Below, piece after piece: positions 27,385 through 36,795 of a DNA stretch of 36,795 nucleotides. Numbering within the stretch: the first letter of the stretch is position 1; every line of letters begins with the position of its first letter. The translations under genes were made by a program, and so were the position numbers. The notes beneath the pieces are model-generated. The model ran no database searches. It was given only the letters and a program-made list of their open reading frames with translations, and had not been told where the DNA came from. Source of the DNA: an uncultured Bdellovibrionales bacterium (lineage in GTDB: Bacteria; Bdellovibrionota_C; UBA2361; SZUA-149; DAOLCO01); NCBI GenBank assembly GCA_964472005.1, contig CAYYIQ010000003.1, forward strand, positions 1 to 36,795, written 5' to 3'.

Positions 27385-29823
27385 TTATTCGCTAATCTCT
27401 GAAATCAACCTCGAACCTTCGACCGAATGTATCGGACAAGGCGTTACAGGTTCGGTATCCCTAACAAAAAGTTCAGTGATTCTCGATTCTTCTGGGCATT
27501 CTGGCGTGAAAAGCAAGCCACTGGATTTATCTAGGGCTACTTCGACGACGTTTGGTGGGGGGAGAAAATTTAGAACGGGTTCCATCGGAGAGATGCATTT
27601 CATGTACTCTGCCCAAATCGGTGCCGCTGCCTGCGCTCCTGTTAGTTTTATTGGTTTATTTGAGTCGAAACCAACCCATACAATAGTTAAAATTTTCGGC
27701 GTGTATCCCGCAAACCATGAATCCTTTGCATCGTTCGTAGTCCCAGTTTTTCCAGCAACAGGGCCTTTTACGCCCAATCGCCTTATCACGGTACCAGTTC
27801 CGCGTTCTACGGCGGTCCTCAAAATGTCTGTGACAATATATGTGGCATCTTCACCTACTATACGTTTTTCTTCTACTGGACGCCTGAACTTCAATGTTCC
27901 AGATTCGCTGTCAATTACAAAGAAAAAAGGATGGAGAGTTCTTTTAATTCCTCCGTTGGCTAAAATTGAATAAGCTTGCGAGAGTTCAAGAGGAGAAACT
28001 TCTCCGGCACCTAGCGCCAAGGAGGGAACGGCTGGTAGATTCTCTCCGAAACCAAAAAGGCTCGCAGTATTAGCAATGCTTTGAATGCCTACTTTCTGTG
28101 CGAGATTAACTGTCGGGATATTTAATGAAAGAGCCAACGCATCCCGCAACCTTACTTCTCCTCGGTATTCTTTGTCGTAATTTTTCGGAGACCATGGACC
28201 ACTAACCGGTACGTCAATTGTGGTTGGCTCGTCGATCAAAATACTTGTCGTTTTCGCTGTCTTGTAAGAATTTAAAGTTCCGTCTAGTGCTGTTAGATAA
28301 ACAAATGGCTTAAATGTGGAACCAGGTTGCCTTTTTGCCAATGAGACACGGTCGAATTGGCTTTCTCCAAAATCTTTCCCTCCAACCCAGGCACGGATCT
28401 CACCACTTGAGGGTTCAACCGATATTAAAGCAGCCTGAATCGGTTCTTTTTGTTTTCTCAGGTACGAGTGATTCTTCTCTAGTTTAGCAAGTCCTTCTTC
28501 GATACTTTTTTCTGCGCAATTTTGATATTCTAAATCTAGACCAGAAACAATTTTATATGCTCCATCGGTAAGTGAATTTTCATTCATCAAACTGGAAACT
28601 TCTCTATTTAAATAGTCAACGAAGTAAGGTGCGATTCTGCGATTTCTTATCGCATCAAATGTTTTAATTTTTTTCTTAATCGCATCTTCTTTTTCTTCTT
28701 TAGAAATTTTGCCAATTGCTTCCATCCTTGCAAGTACAACTTCTTGCCGCGCTTTGGCTTGGTCAAAATGATTCCTTGGTGAATAGGACGAAGGTGCTTT
28801 GACAAGGCCCGCGAGCATTGCGGATTCTGCCAAATTCAAATCCGCCACTTCTTTACCAAAAAAAGATCTGCTAGCTTCTCCAAAGCCGTGTATTGCAAAT
28901 CTACCTTCTTGACCTAGGAAGATTTCATTTAAGTACATCTCAAAAATTTGTTCTTTTGAGTAGGCTGCTTCTAGGACTACGGCTGCAAGTGCTTCCTTAA
29001 TTTTTCTAAAAAATGTTCTTTCTGAAGAGAAAAAAAGATTTTTTGCTAGTTGCTGGGTGAGAGTTGATCCACCTTGAACGACTCTACCAGATCTTATATT
29101 TGCGATAGTTGCTCTTAATATCGAAAAAGGATCAATTCCAAAATGATAGTAAAAGTGTTCGTCTTCGATTGCAGTCAACGCATTTTTTAAGTCATCACCG
29201 AATTCATTAAAATGTTTGAAATTTATCGCTCGTTGCGATGAGTCGCCGAGTATCGAGAGAATTTCTGGCTCAATCCAGAAAACAGCAGTTTGTTCACGTA
29301 GCTCTGGCTGAACAATTTGCGAAATCTCACCATTCGGATCAAGTTCCATTTCATAAAGGTTGGCGGCTTGTATTTTGTCTGGTCTAACAAGTGTTTCTCG
29401 AGTGAATATTTTAAAAGATTTTTGATCTGCATAATATTCTCCGGGTTTACTAGGCTGCGAAGACATTTTTCGAAAATTTAGTCGGTGTAATCTGTCTTCT
29501 AATTTAACATTCGCAATAGAAATGCCTTTAACTAGTGGCAAGGGGCGACTGTATACAACCGATGAAGATGAAGTTATTTTCCTCGATAGAATAGACTGTA
29601 TTTCCTGCTTGATAAATATGGATGCAATTAATAAAGAGAAAACACCTAGGCATGAGACTATTACAAAAACGGAAAGTAAGCTGGAGAAAGTGGATTTTCT
29701 CTTCTTCTCTGTCGATAAGTGTTGATTTTGGGTAGACGAAGTAATCACTCTTTTTCTTGGTCTTCCCTCAATTCGTCGTCCAGTTCTGGGTCTCCTTTCC
29801 ATCGGTAAAATTCTATCGCTCAT
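27385..29823 (-). CDS. mrcB: Class A penicillin-binding protein, PBP1B-like
   Basis: N-terminal TM and UB2H-like region. GT51 motifs EDEHFY.H.GID, GGSTLTQQLAKN and RKIKE. Transpeptidase motifs STFK, SLN and KTG. Confidence 0.9.
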   Translation of the reverse strand: MSDRILPMERRPRTGRRIEGRPRKRVITSSTQNQHLSTEKKRKSTFSSLLSVFVIVSCLGVFSLLIASIFIKQEIQSILSRKITSSSSVVYSRPLPLVKGISIANVKLEDRLHRLNFRKMSSQPSKPGEYYADQKSFKIFTRETLVRPDKIQAANLYEMELDPNGEISQIVQPELREQTAVFWIEPEILSILGDSSQRAINFKHFNEFGDDLKNALTAIEDEHFYYHFGIDPFSILRATIANIRSGRVVQGGSTLTQQLAKNLFFSSERTFFRKIKEALAAVVLEAAYSKEQIFEMYLNEIFLGQEGRFAIHGFGEASRSFFGKEVADLNLAESAMLAGLVKAPSSYSPRNHFDQAKARQEVVLARMEAIGKISKEEKEDAIKKKIKTFDAIRNRRIAPYFVDYLNREVSSLMNENSLTDGAYKIVSGLDLEYQNCAEKSIEEGLAKLEKNHSYLRKQKEPIQAALISVEPSSGEIRAWVGGKDFGESQFDRVSLAKRQPGSTFKPFVYLTALDGTLNSYKTAKTTSILIDEPTTIDVPVSGPWSPKNYDKEYRGEVRLRDALALSLNIPTVNLAQKVGIQSIANTASLFGFGENLPAVPSLALGAGEVSPLELSQAYSILANGGIKRTLHPFFFVIDSESGTLKFRRPVEEKRIVGEDATYIVTDILRTAVERGTGTVIRRLGVKGPVAGKTGTTNDAKDSWFAGYTPKILTIVWVGFDSNKPIKLTGAQAAAPIWAEYMKCISPMEPVLNFLPPPNVVEVALDKSSGLLFTPECPEESRITELFVRDTEPVTPCPIHSVEGSRLISEISE

Positions 29824-30360
29824 TAATTGTTATTAAAAGTTGCTTTAAGAGAAAAATAATCTCTTTATCATCGTTTCTACAGAAATATTATGTAGATCAC
29901 TCGTATTTTAAGTCTTTTGAGGTAACGTTCAATTTTTGGGTAGTTTATACCTTACTAACATTAAGTTAAGAATAGTTAACCACAGAGCTACCAGAGCAAC
30001 CAGAGGATTTTACGCTCATGAGCAACTATCGGCTGATATCTTGGGATACAGGACGATTGAGTGTCTAGTTCTATGTAACGCGCTAAGTGCGATCTTAATT
30101 ATGCAGTTATATATAATTCGCATCTAATGGGAGTACCTTTTTATCTAGCGGGAGAGGTCTTAATGGTTTGGAGGGTCCTTTTAAGGTTGACGATCGTTAT
30201 AATAAGGTTGATCGATGTCTCTGAAATGAAATAGATTATCATGATTTAGTTTTCAGGTGGTACGTTTAATTTTATGAGTAGTATAATTTGAAATAGTCCA
30301 TTGTTTTAGTCTTTATTTAGCGATATCGTTTAAATAAAATTCAAATCAAAGTAGTTAATT

Positions 30361-30990
30361 ATGATCGCAAGACTTCTCGGCGAAATTGTCGAAAAAGACC
30401 AAGGTACTCTCGTCTTAAATGTTAATGGGGTAGGCTATGAGGTTATGACCTCTTCTAGCGTTAGTTCACGAGTTGGAAATATTGGTAGTCAAATAGATTT
30501 AGTCATTTATACGGATGTTCGAGAAACTGCTATTGTTCTCTACGGGTTTAACAATAAAATAGAAAAACAGACTTTTTTGCTCTTGAAAAAAGTTAAGGGC
30601 ATCGGTTCGAAAATTGCAATGGTGATACTTTCTGTAATGTCTCCAGAAAAGTTAATGATTGCGATAGGGCAAAGTGATACCTCTTCTCTGACTAAAGTTC
30701 CAGGCATCGGTAAAAAATCAGCTGAGAGAATTATTGTCGAATTGAGGGAACAAGTTTCAGAATTTGTAAGTGTATCGGAAACCTTCGCCGATGGTTTAGA
30801 ATTAAAATCTGGCAATAGAGATGTGTTGAGAGCCGAAAGTGTTAAAGAAGATGCAATTCTCGCTTTACAGAAACTTGGATTTAATCGAGAAGTCGCTGTC
30901 AAGGCAGTAAAAAGTGCGATTTCTAACAATCCAAAATGTGCATCAGATACGGGCGAATTATTAAAACAGTCTTTGGCTTTTTTAGGATAA
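30361..30990 (+). CDS. ruvA: Holliday junction branch migration protein RuvA
   Basis: MIARL.G, VNGVGYEV, LYGF, the HhH motifs VKGIG.K and VPGIGKKSAERIIVEL, and AL..LGF. Confidence 0.96.
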   Translation: MIARLLGEIVEKDQGTLVLNVNGVGYEVMTSSSVSSRVGNIGSQIDLVIYTDVRETAIVLYGFNNKIEKQTFLLLKKVKGIGSKIAMVILSVMSPEKLMIAIGQSDTSSLTKVPGIGKKSAERIIVELREQVSEFVSVSETFADGLELKSGNRDVLRAESVKEDAILALQKLGFNREVAVKAVKSAISNNPKCASDTGELLKQSLAFLG

Positions 30991-30999
30991 ATATTAAAG

Positions 31000-32016
31000 A
31001 TGGATGAGAATCATGAATTTGATGAACGAATAGTCTCTGGATCGGAAACTATTGAAGATTCTTTTCAAAACAAGTTACGACCTAAATTACTGATTGACTA
31101 CATAGGTCAGGAAAAACTGAAGGATCATATCAATCTTGCGGTTCAAGCAACAAAGAGAAGGAATGAACCACTTGATCATGTATTGCTCCACGGGCCTCCA
31201 GGATTAGGTAAAACTACCTTAGCAAGTGTGGTAGCTGCAGAGTTGGGAGTTTCGTTCAAAGCAACCTCAGGTCCGGTTTTAGAGAGAGCTGGTGATTTGG
31301 CCGCAATCCTTTCGTCTTTGAATGAACACGATGTTTTATTCATCGATGAGATTCATCGTATTCCGAGGATTGTTGAAGAAGTACTCTATCCCGTAATGGA
31401 AGATTTCCAACTCGATATAATTATTGGTCAGGGTCCTGCTGCAAGGTCGGTGAAGATCGACATTAAGCCATTTACGCTGATCGCGGCAACTACAAGAACA
31501 GCTTCATTAACTGCGCCACTTAGAGATAGATTTGGAATTATCGAGCGTTTTGAATTTTATACAACTGACGAACTTACAAAAATCGTGCAAAGATCAGCAG
31601 AAATTTTGCAAGTGGGTATAGAATCAAGTGGGGCAAAAGAGATTGCTCGACGTTCTAGGGGAACGCCTCGAATTGCAAATCGCCTTTTAAAGCGTTCTCG
31701 AGATTACGCACAAGAGCGCGCAGATTCATTCATAAGTTTGGAGGTTTCGAGAGATGCTTTGAGTCTCTTAGATATTGATGAACAAGGTCTTGATAGAATG
31801 GATCGATTGATTCTAAAGACAATGATTGATGTTTATGGCGGAGGCCCCGTAGGAATAGAAAGTTTATCTGCATCGATTCAAGAAGAAAGGAGTACAATTG
31901 AAGATGTATATGAACCTTATTTGATGAACCAAGGTTTCATTCGAAGAACAGCACGAGGTCGAGAAATAACAGATGCTGGTTATCGGCTTTTTGGAATCGC
32001 CCCACCGATTAATTGA
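31000..32016 (+). CDS. ruvB: Holliday junction DNA helicase RuvB
   Basis: LRP…[37 protein letters not shown] and RTARGR. Confidence 0.97.
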   Translation: MDENHEFDERIVSGSETIEDSFQNKLRPKLLIDYIGQEKLKDHINLAVQATKRRNEPLDHVLLHGPPGLGKTTLASVVAAELGVSFKATSGPVLERAGDLAAILSSLNEHDVLFIDEIHRIPRIVEEVLYPVMEDFQLDIIIGQGPAARSVKIDIKPFTLIAATTRTASLTAPLRDRFGIIERFEFYTTDELTKIVQRSAEILQVGIESSGAKEIARRSRGTPRIANRLLKRSRDYAQERADSFISLEVSRDALSLLDIDEQGLDRMDRLILKTMIDVYGGGPVGIESLSASIQEERSTIEDVYEPYLMNQGFIRRTARGREITDAGYRLFGIAPPIN

Positions 32017-32017
32017 C

Positions 32018-34240
32018 ATGTCAGTATCTCGAAGAACAACTTTTGTAAGCACCCTTTTTCTAACCTCAGTTGCGGTTTTAGCGGCTTTGTTATTGCAGAG
32101 AGGATTCCCAATTTTAGAATCTGAACAGACTTTGGGCAGTAATTTATCATTTCTTGCGCTAATTAACGTTAATATCGTAGCGGTCATGATTCTTGCATTT
32201 GTAGTCGTGCGAAACGTGATCCGTCTTGTGCTTGATCGGAAAAGGAATATTCTAGGCGCAAGGCTTAGAACAAGATTGGTTTTTGCGTTTGTTTTTCTTT
32301 CAATGGTGCCGACAGTTCTACTTTTTCTTGTCGCCCAAGGTATGGTAGGCGGTGTCTTAGAAGATTGGTTTTCACCAAAAATAGAATTAGCATTAGATAG
32401 TTCGCGGAATCTGGCCAACGATTTCTATAGCTTCCTAGAGAAAAATACGATTGAATCTCACCGCGATGTTCAAGAGAATTTTAAAAATAAATTTAGCCAT
32501 AAACTAGAAAATGGTGGGCGACTAGAAAAGTCGGAGGTCCAAGAATTTTTAAATAGTTTTGTTAAAACTTCAGATGCTACCGAGTATTATTTAATCACGG
32601 ATAATGGTGAAGTAATTGCATCTAGCATCGGAGGAAGAGTAAATAGTCAAGAACCTACAGTTGATTTGTCATTATCGAATGCCTTTCTCTCAGTAAAGCA
32701 TTCTGGGGACATCTATTTCGCTCTCGAAAATACACCTAATACCGAATACCTCAAATTATATAGTTCGCTAACTAGTTTTTCTCACCCTGCTTATAGTAAT
32801 CTTTACCTTGTAACCTTACGATTTATATCACCCAACGTCTCGAAATCGGTTAAAGGACTATTAACTGCATCTGAGGAATATAGCGCTTTCAAATCGTATC
32901 AAAGACCTTTGGCTTCTAGTTATTTTCTTACTTTGGTCGTGGTCACGTTATTGATAATTTTTGCTGCTATCTCAATCGCGTTTTTTCTTTCTCGTAGTTT
33001 GGCGGTTCCAATCGGTTTGCTAGCGAAGGGTACCGAACAAATTGCTAATGGAAATCTGAATTATAGTATTCCTGAAGTTGGTGACGATGAACTTGGTGTA
33101 TTGGTAAAAGGTTTCAATCAGATGACCACAGATTTGCGTATCGCAACAGCTGAGCTTGTTAATCGCAGTAGATATATCGAAACAGTGTTGTCAAGTTTGG
33201 AAGTGGGGGTACTATCGATTGATAACGATGGTTTTATTCGGACATTGAATGAAGCTGGTATTAAAATCCTAGGTATAGCCGATGGTGATATTATAATTGG
33301 CAATAAATACACAAGCGTTCTCCCTCCCGAGTTCGTAAGGTCGATTGACGAAATTAATCAAAGAAATTTAAGAGGCAAAAATCAAGTTGTATCTAAAAAT
33401 ATCAGCTATTCTGGGGCGGGTTCATTGCGCCACCTCTCTATTACTTTGTCCAAATTGATAGAAGAAAACACGAGGCTTGATGTGGGTTTGGTCGTGTTAG
33501 TTGACGACGTAACCGATTTAGAAAGAGCACAGAGAATGGCTGCGTGGCAAGAAGTTGCAAGGCGAATTGCCCATGAAATTAAAAACCCACTTACACCAAT
33601 ACAGCTTAGTGCGGAGCGGATATCGAGGATTCAACAACGATCTGAAACTAGTGGTGCTATCTCAGATAGTGACAATAAGAGAGTCGTGACCGAAGCAACC
33701 GAAGTTATTATTAATCAAGTGCAAAACCTTCGGCAATTGGTAAATGAGTTCTCAAATTTTGCGAGGATGCCTAAATCAGAACTGAAACTCGGAAAACTGA
33801 ACGATGTTGTAATCGCTTCAATTGATGCGGTGAAAAATTCTAATCCAGAAATCCTTTTCAATGTCGAACTCCAAGATGACATTCCAGAGATGTTAATCGA
33901 TGCCCACCAGTTTGAGAGAGTTTTGATAAATCTTTTAGATAATTCAATTTCCGCACTAAGAGACTGCAAAGAATCTCAGCCAAAACTTCAGGTTAAAACT
34001 CGGTGGGATAGCCACATAAAAATTGTAAGTTTGGAGGTTTCCGACAATGGTCCTGGCGTCTCAGATAAAGACAAACAAAGAATTTTTGATCCATATTATT
34101 CTAAAAAATCAGATGGGACTGGTCTTGGACTTGCTATTGTTAAGACTGTGGTCTCAGATCACAATGGTTTTATTCGTGCATTGAATAATCCGGAAGGGAA
34201 GGGATTGACTATTAGAATCGAGATCCCACTACTTTTGTGA
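32018..34240 (+). CDS. NtrY-like sensor histidine kinase (TM, HAMP, PAS, HisKA, HATPase)
   Basis: GARLRTRLV..F, HAMP motif DELG.L…FNQM, AAWQEVARRIAHEIKNPLTPIQLSAER, NLLDN, DNGPG and GTGLGL. ATG 32018 is 1 nt after the ruvB stop. Confidence 0.9.
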   Translation: MSVSRRTTFVSTLFLTSVAVLAALLLQRGFPILESEQTLGSNLSFLALINVNIVAVMILAFVVVRNVIRLVLDRKRNILGARLRTRLVFAFVFLSMVPTVLLFLVAQGMVGGVLEDWFSPKIELALDSSRNLANDFYSFLEKNTIESHRDVQENFKNKFSHKLENGGRLEKSEVQEFLNSFVKTSDATEYYLITDNGEVIASSIGGRVNSQEPTVDLSLSNAFLSVKHSGDIYFALENTPNTEYLKLYSSLTSFSHPAYSNLYLVTLRFISPNVSKSVKGLLTASEEYSAFKSYQRPLASSYFLTLVVVTLLIIFAAISIAFFLSRSLAVPIGLLAKGTEQIANGNLNYSIPEVGDDELGVLVKGFNQMTTDLRIATAELVNRSRYIETVLSSLEVGVLSIDNDGFIRTLNEAGIKILGIADGDIIIGNKYTSVLPPEFVRSIDEINQRNLRGKNQVVSKNISYSGAGSLRHLSITLSKLIEENTRLDVGLVVLVDDVTDLERAQRMAAWQEVARRIAHEIKNPLTPIQLSAERISRIQQRSETSGAISDSDNKRVVTEATEVIINQVQNLRQLVNEFSNFARMPKSELKLGKLNDVVIASIDAVKNSNPEILFNVELQDDIPEMLIDAHQFERVLINLLDNSISALRDCKESQPKLQVKTRWDSHIKIVSLEVSDNGPGVSDKDKQRIFDPYYSKKSDGTGLGLAIVKTVVSDHNGFIRALNNPEGKGLTIRIEIPLLL

Positions 34241-34334
34241 TTCATCCAAACATACGCATTCTTTACAGATAAAGAAAACTTAACAATCTTCTTAAAGGAA
34301 ATTGGATTTTAAGGTAGATCCTTTAGACTAAGAT

Positions 34335-34625
34335 CTATTTTTCTTTGTCGTCAGAGTGGAAAAAACGGTGTCTCTTTACAAGTGTGAAAATTGTAATGCC
34401 GATAACTATTAGTAGTACATAAATTTGTAAGTACCAATAAACGGAATATCTTTCAGCTGGGAAAAATTGTTTTAAAACATACAACAACAACATCAATAAA
34501 GCCCAAGAAGGCCCTAGGTATGGTTCGCTTTCTTCGCCTTTAATGAAATCTAAAGAATCGTCCTGTTTGTTCTCAGAAGGATCTAATTTTTCATTTGTTA
34601 ATTCGTCTTTTGATTCCACGTCCAT
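34335..34625 (-). CDS. Small hypothetical membrane protein (acidic N-terminus, two TMs)
   Basis: 96-aa ORF with ATG start and two hydrophobic segments. Confidence 0.6.
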   Translation of the reverse strand: MDVESKDELTNEKLDPSENKQDDSLDFIKGEESEPYLGPSWALLMLLLYVLKQFFPAERYSVYWYLQIYVLLIVIGITIFTLVKRHRFFHSDDKEK

Positions 34626-34898
34626 CTTCTAATTAGTGCTAAAGTAGTAAGGTTAAACTTTAAGTTCTATTAAAATGTATTTAAGCATCTTTTTACAGTT
34701 GCTTAAGTACCATTGAGATTAAAATAATTAAAGGATTGGTGCAGATTTTATCTTAAATTGCGGTGGAGGCAGATCTAGTGATCGTTATCCTCAATATTTA
34801 CAAATGTTTAAGCAGGAAAATTGAGTATAGATTAAATTGTTTCTGAATAAGCTGAACGGTCTTCCACTGTTTTTATAGCTTTCAATACTCATATAGTC

Positions 34899-35750
34899 TC
34901 AAAATCCTCTATTTTTTCTGACAGACTCATAGGCATTTTGAACTTCCTTAAATCTTTGCGCTGCAAAATCGATGAAATCCTGAGGAAGTTCTTTGCTTAT
35001 AATTTTATCAGGATGATATTTAGCGACTAGTTCACGATAAGATCGTTTTATCTTTTCAGAGGTATCTTCTGGTTTACATCCTAAAATTTGATAGTCTTTG
35101 TTTAAACCAGTAGGGGCAGAGCTCGATTGTTTTTGATTTTGAGAGCTATTGGTTTTGTTGTTTCCAGTCGTGTCTTTTTTCTTTCCGGATCCATTGATTA
35201 TTGAAGTTATTTCATTCGGATCTAATCCAAGTACGCTCGCGGTTGTGTAGAGAATTTTAAATTCAATTTGATTAATGTGGCCATCCGCTTCTGCAATTTC
35301 TCTTAGAGTGTAAACGGTATTTAAAAGACTTTTCTGATCGTTTCCTAGAACTTCCACTAGCTTTGATGCTAAAGTTTGAATCGCGATGTTTTGATTATGT
35401 GCGTTAGTGAAATATTTTTTCGCAAGATTACGCTCTTTTCTTTTATATTTAAATCTGTCTTTTATTATTTCATCTATTTTTTGACTTTCTTTGGGACAAA
35501 TTTTTGCGTCTGAGGAACAGATTTTTCCAGCAAGGGTAAAAAAACAAAATAGGAAATCTGCCTCTGCTTGTGCTTTTAATCTTTGCGTATGGAATTTGCG
35601 ATATTTCCATATCATAAACTTTTTATAAGCCAATAGATCTAAGAAGTGGCCAAAAAAAGCACCGACTATTAGTCCAACACCAGGGTGGCTACCTAAGAGC
35701 TGTGCCAATTTTGCTGCGAGCAAGCCAATGAATATCTTAAACAGAATCAT
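34899..35750 (-). CDS. djlA: DjlA-like co-chaperone (TM, TerB-like, J domain)
   Basis: G..VGA.FGH..D N-terminus, IAEADGHI…E, and the J domain Y.ILG…IKRSYR.L..KYHPDK…F..VQ.AYE. Confidence 0.88.
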   Translation of the reverse strand: MILFKIFIGLLAAKLAQLLGSHPGVGLIVGAFFGHFLDLLAYKKFMIWKYRKFHTQRLKAQAEADFLFCFFTLAGKICSSDAKICPKESQKIDEIIKDRFKYKRKERNLAKKYFTNAHNQNIAIQTLASKLVEVLGNDQKSLLNTVYTLREIAEADGHINQIEFKILYTTASVLGLDPNEITSIINGSGKKKDTTGNNKTNSSQNQKQSSSAPTGLNKDYQILGCKPEDTSEKIKRSYRELVAKYHPDKIISKELPQDFIDFAAQRFKEVQNAYESVRKNRGF

Positions 35751-35754
35751 TTTT

Positions 35755-36168
35755 TTAGCTTTTAGTGTGATTATCTATTGGTACAGCTTGAAATTCTGGT
35801 TTTAAAATTTTGGTAAATACAACTAGTACAATTCCAAAATTGATAATCGAAAACAGCAGGATCGGGTTGCTTGAAGGATCGTTAAAAAAACGTCCAACTT
35901 GATAGGTTAAAGTTAAAAGCAGAACAATATTTCCAAGAGCGTAACCAAAAATTCTATTTTTTTTCGCTATTCCAAAAGATGAGATCAAGCAAAGTATAGA
36001 AAATGTTGCAGTAAGTATGGAGTACGATGAGTTGATGGAATTTAGTATGCCAGTGTCCGCAAGCAATATAGGTATCGACGCCCACAAAGATAGAAAAACA
36101 AAGAAGAGGCAATAAATATTAAGAATTAGCGATCGCCTTAGGGAGTCTATTTGCTTTTTAAAATCCAT
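35755..36168 (-). CDS. Hypothetical membrane protein (about 4 TMs)
   Basis: 137-aa hydrophobic ORF ending 4 nt before the djlA start. Confidence 0.7.
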   Translation of the reverse strand: MDFKKQIDSLRRSLILNIYCLFFVFLSLWASIPILLADTGILNSINSSYSILTATFSILCLISSFGIAKKNRIFGYALGNIVLLLTLTYQVGRFFNDPSSNPILLFSIINFGIVLVVFTKILKPEFQAVPIDNHTKS

Positions 36169-36795
36169 TCCACTTCACCAACAAGCCCTATTGTTTGAAA
36201 TAATTAACTAAATGTTGCGTACCTTCAATTCAAATTTTGACATCCACGGTATTAATTTGAATTTAAACCCATTTTTAAGGATCACTTAAAAACTAAAATA
36301 TCGCCTGGGAAACTAAACGACGACTATTAAGCCAAAGTCTCGGATTCTTGCACGAAAATATTGCCTGTTTCCGAGATCATAATTACCTTACTAGTAACTT
36401 GGAATGGATTTGTAGCTAGTTCTTATAACTACTTAGACAGCCCAATTTAAATTTTAATGCCTTACGCCGCATTCATGTTCCTATGATATAGTCCCGTTCT
36501 AGTGATTATTGCTTCAGATTGAGCAGATAAAGTACTTGTTAGCCAGCTAGAATTAGAGTAGTTTTAATTACTTAACTCAAATTTTTACTCGTTAAAAAGT
36601 ATTGCTTTTCACTATTTGGTTGCTCGATCTAGATGAATCGGTGAATCGAGTAGGTCCTTTTTGTCTTGCTGTACTATATGAGATGAGTGTTTTTTAAGGC
36701 TACTCTATTAGGAGTAGCATGAAATTTGGAAAATTTGTGCTGTGATTCAGAGTTTTAACTTTAATTTCTATTGGTCGTACCTTGGTTAGCGAAAT

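Noticed and set aside
27353-27973. Long antisense ORFs (e.g. 27353-27973, 31864-32418, 30540-30929, 1513-1878)
   Set aside because: They lie opposite well-supported genes and have no recognisable motifs, as is typical of shadow ORFs.
29936-30127. 63-aa ORF containing a short CAGAG(C/G) x3 repeat at about 29983-30006
   Set aside because: TTG start with no SD in a divergent promoter region. The repeat is three imperfect 9-mers, not CRISPR-like.
36699-36745. Hairpin GCTACTC…GAGTAGC sequestering AGGAG before an 8-codon ORF (MKFGKFVL)
   Set aside because: The downstream context is cut off by the window edge, so a leader peptide cannot be distinguished from chance.

Overview
AT-rich chromosomal window from a diderm bacterium (MlaA, a GT9 and an LptM-like lipoprotein are present; the finer lineage cannot be determined from sequence alone). 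No mobile element, rRNA, tRNA or CRISPR array was seen. Housekeeping genes recognised by motif: pepP, dapA, mlaA, ilvE, tdh-kbl, sdaA, mrcB (PBP1B), ruvAB, an NtrY-type kinase and djlA. Regulatory and redox genes include a REC-PP2C/STAS/anti-sigma partner-switching trio, a degenerate receiver protein and a YpdA-like reductase. Two things stand out. (1) A single-chain tandem CsrA: two complete CsrA domains, about 64% identical, joined by a ~44-aa linker. It has a perfect 22-bp inverted repeat abutting its putative -10 box and its own terminator. (2) A tightly packed ~10.5-kb operon: GT9, GMC oxidoreductase, class-III aminotransferase, formyltransferase, GT-C-like membrane protein, FkbM methyltransferase, tdh, kbl. 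It reads like an oxidise/aminate/formylate/transfer glycan-tailoring route, analogous to the Arn pathway but with different oxidase and aminotransferase families. A 49-aa single-TM small ORF missed by the ORF track lies just upstream of sdaA. All family assignments come from manual motif recognition, not database searches.
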